This document shows, in pieces, positions 12,615 through 27,048 of a DNA stretch of 64,000 nucleotides. Location: positions 1,922,001 through 1,986,000 of the forward strand of contig CM022668.1 in the NCBI GenBank assembly GCA_012295275.1. Reading direction: 5' to 3'. Under the pieces are notes generated by a model. That model was not told the DNA's origin. It made no database searches and worked only from the letters and a program-made list of their open reading frames with translations. The stretch comes from Chrysomallon squamiferum. Taxonomy: Eukaryota; Animalia; Mollusca. Numbering within the stretch: the first letter of the stretch is position 1; each line of letters opens with the position of its first letter. The position numbers and the translations under genes are program-made.

Positions 12615-15399
12615 TGTGTGTCTGTATATGTATGTGTGTTTACATATAGTTGAGGTATGAATATGTTCACTCTCTTGTTTCTCTCAGTTTTTGTTTTCTG
12701 GTATTTTGTAATGAGGATGTGCTTGCTTTTGTACATATATAAGTAATGTATGTGATTTTATTTACATAATTATGTAAATGTTTTTCTACTGTAGTGTAAA
12801 ATTTGTTTTATTCTGATGTGAGGTTACAGTGAATATAGTATTCATTACATGCTCTTTCCTTCATGTTTTGGCATAATGGTTATACAAGCAGTGCCAGTGT
12901 AAATTTAGTCTTGGCAAGTTTATTAGTTTCTTTTTTTTTCTTTTTGTTTTCATATGAAGATTTGTTACAGTTATTTATTTATTTATATTTATTTATCAGG
13001 TAAACCTTTCTGCACATTGTGCAACCACACTTTTTACTTTAACATTTAAAGAAAAACATCAGACTCAGTTGAAATATTAGTAAGTTTTAAAATATTTTTC
13101 CTCTTTTCTTTTTCATAAAATATTTTATTTTTGTTATCTACAAAAATAAGATTAAAACGTGAAGTATTTACTATTATTTAAAGAACAGTAATAGAAAGCA
13201 AACAAATGCCAGTCAAATCTTAACTTCTGTGACATTTTTGCTTTTGCCAAAAAATTATTTTTCTTTCTGTGAAACAAACAAGCTATTTAATATTAAATAT
13301 TCAAATGTGCAATAATATCTGTATACTTTGTATAACATCTGACAACATTACTTTCTTTTTAATGTCATATTTGACCTGCAGTTTGTAAAAATGACTTGAA
13401 ATGTTCATATTGGTAAATACATTGTATGACTTAGTTATGTGACAGATATTGATATGTAGAAAAAGTATTCAGAAATAACAGTTATTAAATAAATAAGTAT
13501 TAATATTAACTATAACTAAGAATTCAATACTAGCAATTATTAAATAAACAAGTATTAATATTTTATATAATGGAAGCTTGCAAAAGAATTTACTTATGTA
13601 AGTAAATATTTTGTATACTAAGTAAAACAGTTAATATTAGTATTGATATTTTGTATAATTTAATATTCAGTGTAACAATATAAGTAGCAATACTTTTTTT
13701 ATTACTAATCATGTATTAATAGTGATGTGCTATTTATTATTGTCATTTATCTTAGAGTCATTTGATTTTATTCTGCTACAACTTTTATATAACTGCAGTC
13801 ATTTATTTTTATTTCTAGTCAAGTTACAGAAAGCATCATATCTAAGTTTTGGTTTTTAAATTTATTATTTGTAAAGCATTTATAGGTTAATACAAACTCT
13901 GTTTACAGTTATTCATACATATGGATACACTCCATGCTTTGAAATGTTATAAAACACAAACATAAATAGTTTGAAAATACAAGCATGTACTATAGTTACA
14001 TGCAGATGTGCACATTCATATACATCAAATGTATATACACACTTCTAAATGCTTGAAAATACATCTTATACACATAAATATATACATTATTATAAACAAT
14101 AATATCAAAAAAAAAAAACCACATACTTAAGAATTAACAATTGACAGGTAACTTAAATGTTGGTGATTTTGTGAACATTTTCTATTTTTGTTCTTAGGCA
14201 GCATTTTACTACTATGTGACACATTATTATTAGTATTGTTTGTTATTTCTGCTAAAAATAGTTATTATTGAACAAAAAATAATAATTATTCTTTAACTTT
14301 TTGCACCTAATAGTAGAAATTTTATAAATATTTCTGTTATTCATTATAATGAAGAAATAAAAATGATGGAAGCTACAGTTAATTAAAACACAAGTTCCAA
14401 TACTGAAAACATATTTAAAACAGATCTTCTGTTTGGATTATATTTATTCACAGTAATAATTCTTTTAAAATATATTTGAACAAAGCAGGATTTTATAATA
14501 GAATGAAAAGTTATTTTTATTTTCATTATTATTAGTTTTTATTAATTTGTATAGATATTTGTTTATTCTTTTTTGTTTTTTCCACACACATGACCCAATA
14601 ATTCCAATGAAAAGCCATTCCAGTTGCATTTAAGTGAAGTGTTCAGGGAACAGTTTTATTTCATGTTATTTAAATACTGTTTATTATTTTTTGTGTTCAG
14701 TTACTCTTTATTGTTGTGTTATAAAACTAAATTTGTTGATGATATTTCATAGTAACAAATCATTGTGAAGTTAACAGTCAACATCTTCAGATATAAATTC
14801 CAATATCTAGATTAACTATGTGTTTACTTAAGAAATTTCATCTGTCAGTTTTTAGTTTAATGTGAAGCAGACTGTCAGTCACTAGGTGGCTATTGACTGA
14901 ATTTAATTTCCACTGTAAATTGTTTTTTCTTCAGTAGACTTAATGACAATCACCAGTTTGTCTCTGTTTATTCTGTAACTGAAAGTTTAGACAAAGTTTT
15001 GCTGTTACAAGATGCATTTTTCAGTAGATGGCTTTTAAGATTGTGATTTTATTTCACAAATGACCGAAATATATGACATATACGTACATATTCTGAAAAA
15101 TAAACAAAGTGGCGTTATGTGGTACATAGAATAAATCTCTGTACAAATATCTGAATATGTCTTTATTTTGACTTTAAAAAACTGCTATGAGCTTAACCTA
15201 CAAAAAGTACTGTCACATAGTTTGGATGTTTTTCTTTTAGTGTCTGAATTCCTGCTGTGACGGGTTTATCTGTTGATGTTGATGTTTCCAGTGATTTATA
15301 TAAAGACATTACTGCTTCTTTATCAAATGTAGCATTTTATCATCTGCTTTCTTATGTTGTATGAATGCTTTTTAGATTATGAGATATTTTGTTGCTGAA

Positions 15400-15905
15400 G
15401 GGTAAATTTTTAGATGTAAAGCTTGTAGTTACATTACATTGGGTCAATCCTTTACTTATCATACATGTTTATGAATGTTAGGCAGACTATCAAATGGGTT
15501 TAAAGTTTGACATATAAAGCTTGTTTAATTAATGTTGTTACAATACATAGGGTTAATACTATACTTACCATATATGTGTTTAAATGTTAGGCATACTATC
15601 AAATGGGGTTAAATTTTGACATGTAAAGCTTGTAGTTATAGTAGTTGTGTTGGATAGGGTTAATTCTTTACTCATCATACACGTATGTGAATGCTAGGTA
15701 GAATATCAAATGTTAAAGGGTTATGTTTTGTTGTGTAAAGCTGGTATAGTACAGTAGTTACATTACAAAGGGTTAACTTTTTACTTATACACGTTTATGA
15801 ATGCTAGGTAGAGTATCAAATGTTTAATAGTCAAATGGTAAATTTTGATATGCATTTTTGTAACTGTTACTTTACAGATGGTTAACCCTTTACTCATCAT
15901 ACATG
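15400..15905. repeat. ~100-115-bp degenerate tandem repeat, ~5 copies
   Basis: Recurring TGTAAAGCTTGTAGTTA...GGGTTAA..TTTACTYATCATACA..TTTATGAATGYTAGG.A.A.TATCAAATG. Confidence 0.8.
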
Positions 15906-17624
15906 AGGAAAAGACATTTAAAAGAGTTAATATAAAATATTGCATTTAAAATAAAATTTATGTTATTTAAATTGTTCAAGTACAATCATGTGACATATAT
16001 TTTTAAATCACTGACATATAACGTATGTCAGTGAACTTGTGTTAATTACATACAGCCAAGTCAGTGCTAATCATGTTTTCATTTTAAATGTTTCTCTTAA
16101 CACTACATATAAAATATGTAAAACACTGATAGCTATATTTTGATATTAAATAGTGGATATATATTGTTTATATTTAATACTAGTCTCTGGTTCAAAACAT
16201 AGTTTATATTTTTTGTTTTTTATAGTATTAAAAACTTAATTTTATTTTTATTTTATTTTTATTTTATTTTTATTTTATTTATTATTATTGTTAGTATTAG
16301 TATTTTACATAAGATGAATATTATATTAATTATACAAACATAATATTATTAATATTGAATATCAAGTAATATAGCTAACATTGAATATTAGCTAAAAAGC
16401 ACATACAGGTGTAAATATATAACATAGATAATATTCAGTAATGCACAGACAGTAGAAGAGTACACAGGATACTCAGATTACAGATGAGGTTCATCCTGTT
16501 TATATTCTGACCCTGATTTACGAGACATAATATTGGTATTATTTTACAAGTTTCTGGTTTTTTACTTTTCTTTGTTTTGGGGTTGAGGAATTTTAAATAT
16601 TTTTAATTATTAGAATAGATACACAAAATATAACTTTATATAAATGCATTGACATTCCTTTTAGTGTCACCTAGCAAAATTATTACATGATGTCATAATA
16701 TGTACAGTATTTTAAACACAGAGTAGTTACCAATCTGTAACTGTTTTGATTTTAACAATCTGTAACTGTTGGTTATCTTAAAACTGTATCAATTTTGGAT
16801 AAGACAAAAACAGTTTAGGAAAATAATTTTAGCATGGACAAACAACTTCTGAAGTTATAATTTGTAATAACTCTAAATTGTTTTATTTATATTTATTATT
16901 TAAACTTTACAGAACTACATAATAAGTGATGTGCCTGAAAATTATACATGAACCAAGAGAAATTTTTAAAAATAAATTTGTTTGTGAACTGTATTTTGTA
17001 AAATATATGAAGTTACCTGTTATCTAATAGAGTTGTGTCCCTTGCAGGGTTATCATAGTTTCAGCATTGTTATAAAATTAGTGCATTAAAGAGTCAGATT
17101 AAATATGAAAAAGTTATGTATATTAGATATTATCAGTGTTTTGTTCTCTGCTGTTAAAGCTTGTATGTTGCTTGATTGTAGAATATAAATAAATATTCAA
17201 TTAAAACTTGTCTCACTTGTTTTTATTTCTGTGAATCAAAGTACTTGAAAACATAAAATTACATATTTAATGTAAAACAAAAATTAAAAATTAAAAATCT
17301 GTAGGTTTGATAATTTCAGTATAATTATACTTTACATCAACTTACAAACATCTTACTGAAACTGTAAATCTGAGAAATTTGTAATCTTAAGACACAACAA
17401 CTATAAATGGATAAATTTGTAAAATAAAATCTTGTGCAGTGTAAATGGCCACATGAAATTTTGCTTTTTCAACATTAGACATATGATTCATATAGAAAAG
17501 TGAATATTATTTAATCTGAAACAAATTGCTGTTTGCAGCTTTCCACTGCTGAAAGTTTTCAATTTCCAAACAATGAAAAATGAATTAAAATTGATTCATT
17601 GTCTTCCTATTGACTTCATTGTTC

Positions 17625-17835
17625 AGATGATGTTATGTTTGAATCTGATTTTGAAATGTATGACATGGATGTTGAAATGTTTCACGTGAATGTTGAAATG
17701 GTGTTTAATGTGGATTTTGAGATATCTGACATGGATGCTGAAAATACTTTGATGTGGATATTGAAGTGTTTTGACATATATGTTGAAATGTTTGATATAT
17801 ATGTTGAAATGTTTGCCATGGATGTTGAAATGTTG
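17625..17835. repeat. ~21-bp minisatellite (GATGTTGAAATGTTTGACATG)
   Basis: About 9 degenerate copies. It explains the spurious ORF at 17635-17970. Confidence 0.8.
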
Positions 17836-20089
17836 CCAGGAGTGATGTTGATTATTTCAGCTCTCTTTACAGCTAAACAGAAAAAACAAAGACAGAAAAT
17901 ATTTTCAGAGTTTATTAGAACAAATATCTCCAACAATTTTGCATTAACAATACCAAAAATAATACATTAAACAATTCATTGCTGGTTAGAATTTGAAAAA
18001 TATGTAAAATTTTATTTTCTTGCATATATATAATAACAGTTGAAATTTCAAAGGAAAAATAAATATTTACAAACTTTTTGAATATATCCTTGTCAGATTT
18101 ATTAGATTTTAAAAAATTGGTATATCTAGTAAATAAATATATGTTTTATTTATTGTTACTTATTAATTTTGTTGTTCTTTCTTTTCCATTTAAAACTGAT
18201 CAATACCATGGAAACATTGAATTTATTTTAATTAAAATCTGTTACCTTCTTCAACAACAAACTAGAATTCACATTTTACACAATAAACTCTTCATAGAAA
18301 TTATACTGAACATCAGTGTTATCACTGGATTTTTTTCATAATAGAACATTTAGTACTGAAACTGTATACAACATTTACTTAAGTTGTATGAAGATAAATA
18401 TTTTCAGTTAACTGTTAATAAAACATTTATTAAGATGCTATGATATATTTTCATAGTTAATATGAAATTTGCTCAAATTGTATAAAATGTTTTCTTAGCT
18501 ATTTGATATGACAACTTTTATACAAACTGAATCAAACATTTTTCATAATTAATTCATTGTTCAACTTTTATTCAGACTGTATAAAAGAACATTTTCATAG
18601 TACCCTATTTTCAATATAATACATTATTGGTCAAATACCTTACACTGATTATAAATGTAAATATATAAATAATAATGACACAATCAGTCATGTGATAAAA
18701 AGAGATATATAAAATATGTACATTAATTATGCAAATATGATGAGAAGTAACAATATGAGACAGATATTAAGAAAGACTTTTATGTTGTGGTTTTTGTGCA
18801 TAAATTATGTTTATCACACAGACTGGTCAAGGCACAAACCTCCTAAATGTTAATGAACAATTATTTATTCATAAATAATTTGACAATAATCTCAAAAAAA
18901 TCAACCAAAATCCCTCCCAAACATTGAATTTTTTTTACCATAAGATATCACTACTTTAACTGCAATCATTACAATATGAAGATTTTAATGTAATCATAAA
19001 AACTGCTGATTATTACTGTAATCATCAAAATTTATACATTTAATTTTAACTATTAAAAACTATATTTTATAGTAATAATTAAAATTTAATAAAAAAAAAC
19101 TACAACAATAAACTAGGAAAATCATTTAGTTGTTTTTTTGTTACTCTGCTTATGAAAGTTAAACATAACAATACATGATTATGTATGCAAACTGTGCTTT
19201 CTGTGTTTGATAACAACTTAATAAATAAAACAAAATTATATTACAGGTCTTTAATTATATATCAAAAATTATTTTTATATATATATATAAATAATTACCA
19301 GCAGTAATAAATAGCGATACATATATAAATTAAAGATATATTTATATATTATCAGCAGTATTAAAGTTTATTGTCACATATACAAAAAGATAATCTTCAT
19401 ATAATAAGAGATGATAAAATTTTATTGTGGATTAAAAATACAACCCACCTCATAGTGGGATGGTGGGACAGCAGTATCCAGCATCCACTAACAGCATATC
19501 ACAGATAAAAAGATAAAAATAATGTTTATTTGCATGTAACAACTTCCACAAAAATCTCTCAATAATATTAACAGTTACATTACACATACACTGACTCACA
19601 GGAATAATAGTAATATAAGGAATTTTTTTTTGGTTGCAATAACAAGTTTCATTTTACATCAATAAAAAGCACATTTAAATTTTCAGTAGTAAAAGTAATT
19701 ATAATATTAAAAAAAATGTAAATGGTAAATTATTAAAAAAAACCATTTGGTTTATGTTATAGCAGCAGTACTGAATGGTCACTTGTTAAATATCTGGATG
19801 TGTAAGATGTCATATATAAAAGTAATATTTTAAATAACAGAACATCACCAGTCATATAGTCAGCAGAAGACACATTTATAACTAATGCTTAAAATAAAAT
19901 AAAATAAAATAAAATAAAATAAAATAAAATAAAATAAAATAAATAAATAAAGATAATCTTGCTATCTTTGGCAGTAATCCTTTTTCAAATCTACCAACAA
20001 ATTAAATAATAATAATAGTTATAATAATAATAATAATAATTTAATGACATTTTCTTTGGTACATGAAGCTCCAGGCACTGTTTTGAAAG

Positions 20090-20690
20090 CAGTGGTCACA
20101 AACAGGTATTTGATTTTTAGTAAAACATAGTATCACAAAAGCAAACTTTATTTTTTGTAAAGCACAGTGTCACAAATACAGACCTTATTTTTGGTAAAAC
20201 ATAGAGTCACAAATACAGACTTTATTTTTAGTAAACCATGGAGACACAACTATCTATAAGTTGTAAAATATCAAGATTCAGGCACTGTCACTAAAAAGCA
20301 GTCAGCCACAAATAAAGAAAAAATATTTTAAAACTTATTATAAAGCAGTCTGTCACAAATAACTTTTTAAAACTTGTTATGGTTATAAATAACTATATAA
20401 AACTTGATTTTGTAAAAAATATCTATTAAAAAATTAAATAGTTACAAATAAATCTTTAAAACATAAAACCATGACAAATCTCTTTTTAAACCTTGTTTTT
20501 CCCTAATTATGTATTTTAAAATTTTACAGTTGCAAATAAATCTTTATAACTTGATAATGTCACAAATAAATCTTTATAACTTGATAATGTCACAAATAAC
20601 TATTTTAAAACTTGATTCTGTCACATATAACAATTGTTTTAAAGCAGTTCAACACCAGTCACTTTTTAACACTCACTTATATCACAAATA
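20090..20690. repeat. Degenerate 30-36-bp tandem repeats with a GTCACAAATA core, in the KIAA2012 3' UTR region
   Basis: Near-perfect 30-mers at 20531-20600 and diverged copies on both sides. Confidence 0.75.
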
Positions 20691-20718
20691 ACTTTAAAAA
20701 AAAAAAAAAAAAAACGTG

Positions 20719-21177
20719 CTATAAACTGTTTAACTTTTGAAGTTCGAACTCGGGAATGTCCAGCCCGAGCCACTGGAGCAGCTCAAAGTAAGAAAAGACA
20801 AACATTCGGGTGATGTCCTGGGTGTGTTCAAGGCCGCCGGCCTCCAGCTGGAGTTCCCGGTTGAACCTGAGTCTCTGCTCCAGCTCCGCCTGTCTGCGAG
20901 CCATGTCCTCCGCCAGACGTCTGGCCTCTTCTAGAGCTCGCTGGGCTTGCTCCTCTCTCCGCTTTCTGCAAGCAAATGTTCATGTTATACTCTCTCTTCT
21001 TAAAGCTACACACCTCATAAACAGATATAACACAGAGAAAGACAAAGAGAGGTAATGACAGACTGAAAAACAGATAGAGGTATCAGGCTGAATCATCATC
21101 AGGGAGATATAGATTCACAGAAAGATTTTTGATTAAATGGATGAATGTACAGATGGACAGATGGACACACAGACAAA

Positions 21178-21241
<64 letters not shown>

Positions 21242-22666
21242 ACATCTAAACTATCTAAACTCAACAAGATAAAATTTTACAAACCTGTCTTCCTCTTCTT
21301 TAAGTTTTCTTAATTCTTCTTCTTCTTTCTTCTTTCTCTCATATTCCAGTCTTTCTTGTTCAGCCATCTGTGACATCCTAAGTTCTTCTTCCTTCCTTCG
21401 TTCCTCCTCCTCCAACTCTCTTTGTCTCTGCAGCTCTATAACACACAGACAGACAAACAAAGTTTAATATCAAATCAAAATAATATAATAGATTACATCA
21501 CAACAAAGTAAATAAACATGTTTAGTATTTCAGTTTGTGTGTATTTGTTATTTCTTGAGTCTATTTATAGAAATACTATGTAGAATTATTATGGATATAC
21601 ATTTAGTAGAACAAGTTCCAAGGAAAATTAAGAATTAAAAAATATTTTGAAATGTGTTTTGTGACTTTTTTTTGGTGTTATTGTTACCGATGTACATAAT
21701 ATAAGAGCTTTTCTAAAATTAATTAAATGATAGAAAAAATCATCATTATATTTTAGAGTTCACTCATTATCTATACCTTCCCATGAACTGTTAGAACAGA
21801 ACATACTATGGTGTTTGATAAACCACATTTATCATACTTATTAGAATGGGATCTAGACTGGGAAAGAGGATTAAACCTGTAAACAGTCAGATCTAAGTCT
21901 GTGTCTAAACTGAAAAATTTGAAATATTTTGATTTTATGTTCAGTCTCTGTGGTGTGTATGTATTGAAAGAAATAAACAAGATTGTATTATTAATGAGTT
22001 TAAACAAAATGTGGTTTGTAATTTAATTTTTTATTAAATAACAAATTATACCTTGTCTTTTTAGATCTTCCTCTGCCTGTCTTTTCTTCATCTCTTCCAA
22101 CTTTCTGGCATATTCTTCCTTCTGTCTCTTCTCTCTCTCCAGCTCAAGCAGTTTTCTTCTTTCTCTCTCTCTCTCTTCCTCTTCTTCCTTCTCTCTTTCA
22201 GCAGCTTCTCTCTGTCTTCTTAACCTACAACATTTTTAAAATTATTTACCAAACACCATAACCACCATTTTACTGTTACATTCCTTAAAAACAAGGCATT
22301 ATCTCTGCCATGTGGCAGAATGAAAACAAAATTAATTTTTATACCTCCGTTCTTCTTCAAGTTTTCTTCTTTCCTCTTCCATCTCTCTCCTCAGTCTCTC
22401 CTGTCTTTCTTGTTCTTCTTTCTCTCTCTTCAGTTGTTCTTCTCTCTCTCTGCGACGTCGCTCGACCTCCTCGCGACGTTTGTTAGCTGCTGCGGCTCTC
22501 TTCGCAGCGCGCGCCTCTTTGCTTGTGATAGACTTGAGAGCTGTGTCCTCATCCTAAACACAGCACATTACACACATTGAAGTATACATAACAACTTTAC
22601 ACCAGTATCTTCTTTCTCCAAGATTCATATCTCTCTCTCTCTCTTAGAGAGACAGAGAGAAAGACT

Positions 22667-22702
<36 letters not shown>

Positions 22703-22721
22703 GAGAGAGAGAGAGACTGAA

Positions 22722-22756
<35 letters not shown>

Positions 22757-23574
22757 GAGAGAGAGAGAGAGTAGATACTGAAAAGTATTATTTTGTGTAA
22801 ATAATGAAATAATAATTTTGAAATTGGTTTTACCTATGTATTAACACATATATCTGAACATACATATCTATTTTACATGAAGATAAAATATGATTTGTAT
22901 TAATGTATAATTATTTTTCTCTCTTTTTCTCTCAGTTTCTTTCAATATCTATGTAGCTTTCTGCACTGTGTTATATTAAAATATATAAGAATACACATAT
23001 AAAATAAATGGTCAATATTCCCTATGAAAAGAACTTAGAAAAGACTGACTCCTGAAACTAGAAATGAGAATGAAACAAACCTCAGACTGTGGTTCTGATG
23101 GGGGTTCTGTTTTAGGGGAGGGTTCTCGTACAGGGGAGGGTTCTTTCCTTTGTCTGACAGGTTCAGGACTTGGTGTCTCATCCCTGATTATAATAAACTC
23201 CATTTCATCATCCGACTTCTCAACAGACGAGATCTACAAACATAGCAACATTACAAATAATAACATAATAATAATTAACATGGCAATAGTTAACATTACA
23301 AATAATAAACATAATAATAATTAACATAACAATAGTTTACATTACAAGTATAAACATAATAATAATTTGCATAACAAATACAAACATAATAATAGTTTAC
23401 ATTACAAATACAAACTCTATCATAAATTCATACATTATCCTCTGAAAACAATCTTCAATCAGATTAGCTCTGGGTACACTTAGGTTATTGGAACAATAAC
23501 AGAAAAAAATAAATTGTTGTTTCCTTTCTTCTCTCTTTTGTGATGATGATAGTAATAATAAAAATAATAATAAC

Positions 23575-23632
<58 letters not shown>

Positions 23633-24425
23633 GTGATAAAATTGATGATGTTAATAACAATGATAATAATTATAATAATGATGTTGATGATGATGATAAT
23701 GACAAAGATGATAATGATGATCTGATGAAACAGTAATACTAATGATGATGATTATGATGATGACAAAGATGATGATGTTGATAATGATAATGAAGATCTG
23801 ATGATAAAATACTGATCAAGATGGTGATGATGATGTTTATAATGACAATGATGATGATGGTGATGATGACAGTGATGATGACAAAGATGATGATATATAA
23901 ACTTACTGGACTGATAGATTGTTCTGGTGTGGCAGGTTTAGGGGGTGTTTTTGCTTTTGGTGGTGATGGGGGTGGGGGAGTTGCTGGTTTAGGTGGGGGA
24001 GTTGCTGCTTTGGGTGGGGCTGGTTCCTCCTTTTTGGCTTTCTTTCCCTTTTTCTTCACTGCTTTTTTCTTCTCCTCCTTCTTAGGAGGCACTGGCTCCT
24101 TCTTTGGTTTCTGAGCCTTTGGTTTACCTGTAGGAGAAAAAACACAGAATAAACAAAAACTGTAAAATATGAATCAGCACAAACTCCATACTCTATGTTA
24201 TTAAAACTGCTATTATGGTGATTTGCTGATATCAGCATTAAATATATACCATATTATATCTATAGATGTAGAGATATATCAGATCATACACACATACACA
24301 TGCCTACCAGCCATGTGTGCATATTAAACATCTTTGTGTGTATTTTATTATTTCTGGAAAAGTGAAATGTAACTATGTAAGTGTAATTTGATACTTTAAG
24401 TGTATTTATTTAAACTGGTAATAAA

Positions 24426-24465
<40 letters not shown>

Positions 24466-24994
24466 TATATTGTCTAATTTCTCTCTCTCTCACACTCATA
24501 CACAGAAACACAGTCACACACACAAACACACACACTAACATACATACTAACACAAACATAGCCATTCATATATAAACCCTTGCTCTAATTTTGTCTTTGT
24601 GATAATGTGGTTGCCAAAAATAGATGTTAAACAAATAATAACCTGTAAAGAATTGAAAATAAAAATTAAAATTAATTTCAAAACATTAATAACATGCAGT
24701 AACAATGGTTAGACATGAAGTTAATAAAAAGTTAAAGCATAAAAATTTGTTCAAATCATAAACCAACACCAAAACATCTGAAACAACAATCTAAAAAACT
24801 GTTTGTCATTAAAACATAATTAAATCAAATATTCTTCATACTGAAAAAGAGTGTGTAATATATTTTACATAGATTTTCATGAAAAGATAAATGTTTTAAT
24901 GTTTATGTAAATACATGTACATATAAACAGTTTTTTGTTTCTCTAATTTTATTTTACATCATCACTTTCTTTGTCTCACAAACAAAACAAAACC

Positions 24995-25038
<44 letters not shown>

Positions 25039-25060
25039 TATGTGTAAATGTATGTGTATG

Positions 25061-25091
<31 letters not shown>

Positions 25092-26773
25092 ATAAATAAC
25101 AAAATAGTTTGAGGAATTAAGGCATTAAACATTTCAACAACAAAAGCATAATTTTCAAGTTAAAAAAAGCTGAATATTATTAAAATATATAAAATAAATG
25201 CTCATTAAAATGCTGAAACAAGAATAAAATAAAATAATTAAAATGTTAAATTAGTTAAAGTTTGGTTTTAAAAATGTTAAGATTTATAAAGAAACAAAAA
25301 ATAATTTATTAAACAAATAATAAACAAACAAACAAATAAATAAGTAATTTTTTACTTTTTATTGTAATTTTGTCTGCTGTCTTATCTGTGACATTGTCAA
25401 AAGTTATTTTAAATTATTTGTTATTGTTATTATTATTATTAGTCCTATTATCATTATTGTTGTTGTTGTTGTTGTTGCTGCTGCTGCTGTTGCTGTCACT
25501 GTTGTTGCTGTTGTTGTTGTTGCTTCTGTTGTTCTTTTTTTGCAGTTATTATGATTTATGATTTTCTTTTTTTTAAATTTTACAGCTGTGTTTGTCATAT
25601 ACCTTGTTACTGTTACTGTAGTAGCAGTGATTATTATTATTATTGTTGTTATTGTTTAGCTTGGATATTATTATTAATTTTATTATTATTATTTATATTA
25701 TTACTGATATTCTTGGTATTATTGATGCTGCTAATAATAATTATAGATTATTATATTTATTAGAAATAAGGATTATCAAAATTTAAATGATATATTAATT
25801 ATAAATGATTAAGTAAGAAAATACCAAACTGAATTATCATACATTAACTGGATTATGATACATCAGACTGGATTACTATACATCAGACTGGATTATAATA
25901 CATCAAACTGGATTATTATACATTAAAGTGGATTATTATACATCAAATTGGATTATGATACATCAAACTTGTTTATTATACATTAAACTGGATTATTATA
26001 CATCAAACTGGATTATCACACATCAAACTGGATTATTATACATTAAAATGGATTATTATACATCAAACTGGATTATTATACATCAGACTGGATTATTATA
26101 CATCAAACTGGATTATAATACATGAAACTTGATTATTATACATCAGACTGGATTATTATACATCAGACTGGATTATTATATATCAAACTGGATTATTATA
26201 TATCAGACTGGATTATAAAACATCAAACTTGATTATTATACATTACAATGGATTATTATACATCAAACTGGATTATCATACATCAAACTGGATTATTATA
26301 TATCAGACTGCATTATAAAACATCAAATTGGATTATCAAACATTAAACTGGATTATTATATATAGAAAATAAAACACATCACTGAAATTAAAAAAAAAAA
26401 AAAATATTAACATGTTAATTCAAACAGGAGTTAATCCTGGATAATCCAGAATATTCCAAACAAAGAGTTAATTCACAACAAACTTTAACTCTTACTTGCA
26501 GGAACAGGAAGGGCGGGGATGGGAGGAGGGGGGCGAGGTTTAGAGGGAACCTCAACTTCTGTCTTCTTCTGGGGAGGCTGAACTGCAACCTTTGCTGTAT
26601 TCATGAAAATAAACATTTTAGTTAAACATCTAAAATACTGTCACCTTCATTTCTTATACTTTAGGTCTAAATAATAATAATAACAACAATAATAATAAAA
26701 ATAATAACAGTAACAATAATGATAATAACAATAATAACAATAATAATAACAATAATAACCATAATAATGATAA

Positions 26774-26807
<34 letters not shown>

Positions 26808-26952
26808 GTAATAATAATAATTATAATAATATAATAAAAACTAATTAGTAAATAAATAACAATAATTTTAATGAAATATACTGAAATCATTATATTTAGT
26901 ATTAGAGAAAAGCTGAAATTTTTAAATGTATCGAAATATTAAAATTTATAAT

Positions 26953-27048
<96 letters not shown>

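Noticed and set aside
25820-26365. Regular 20-bp repeat as a CRISPR array or coding repeat (ORF 25928-26125)
   Set aside because: The units are contiguous with no unique spacers, the context is a eukaryotic intron and there are no cas genes. It is a minisatellite.
26644-26666. Micro-exon of KIAA2012 with AG/GT flanks
   Set aside because: It contains an in-frame TGA in the required phase 1.
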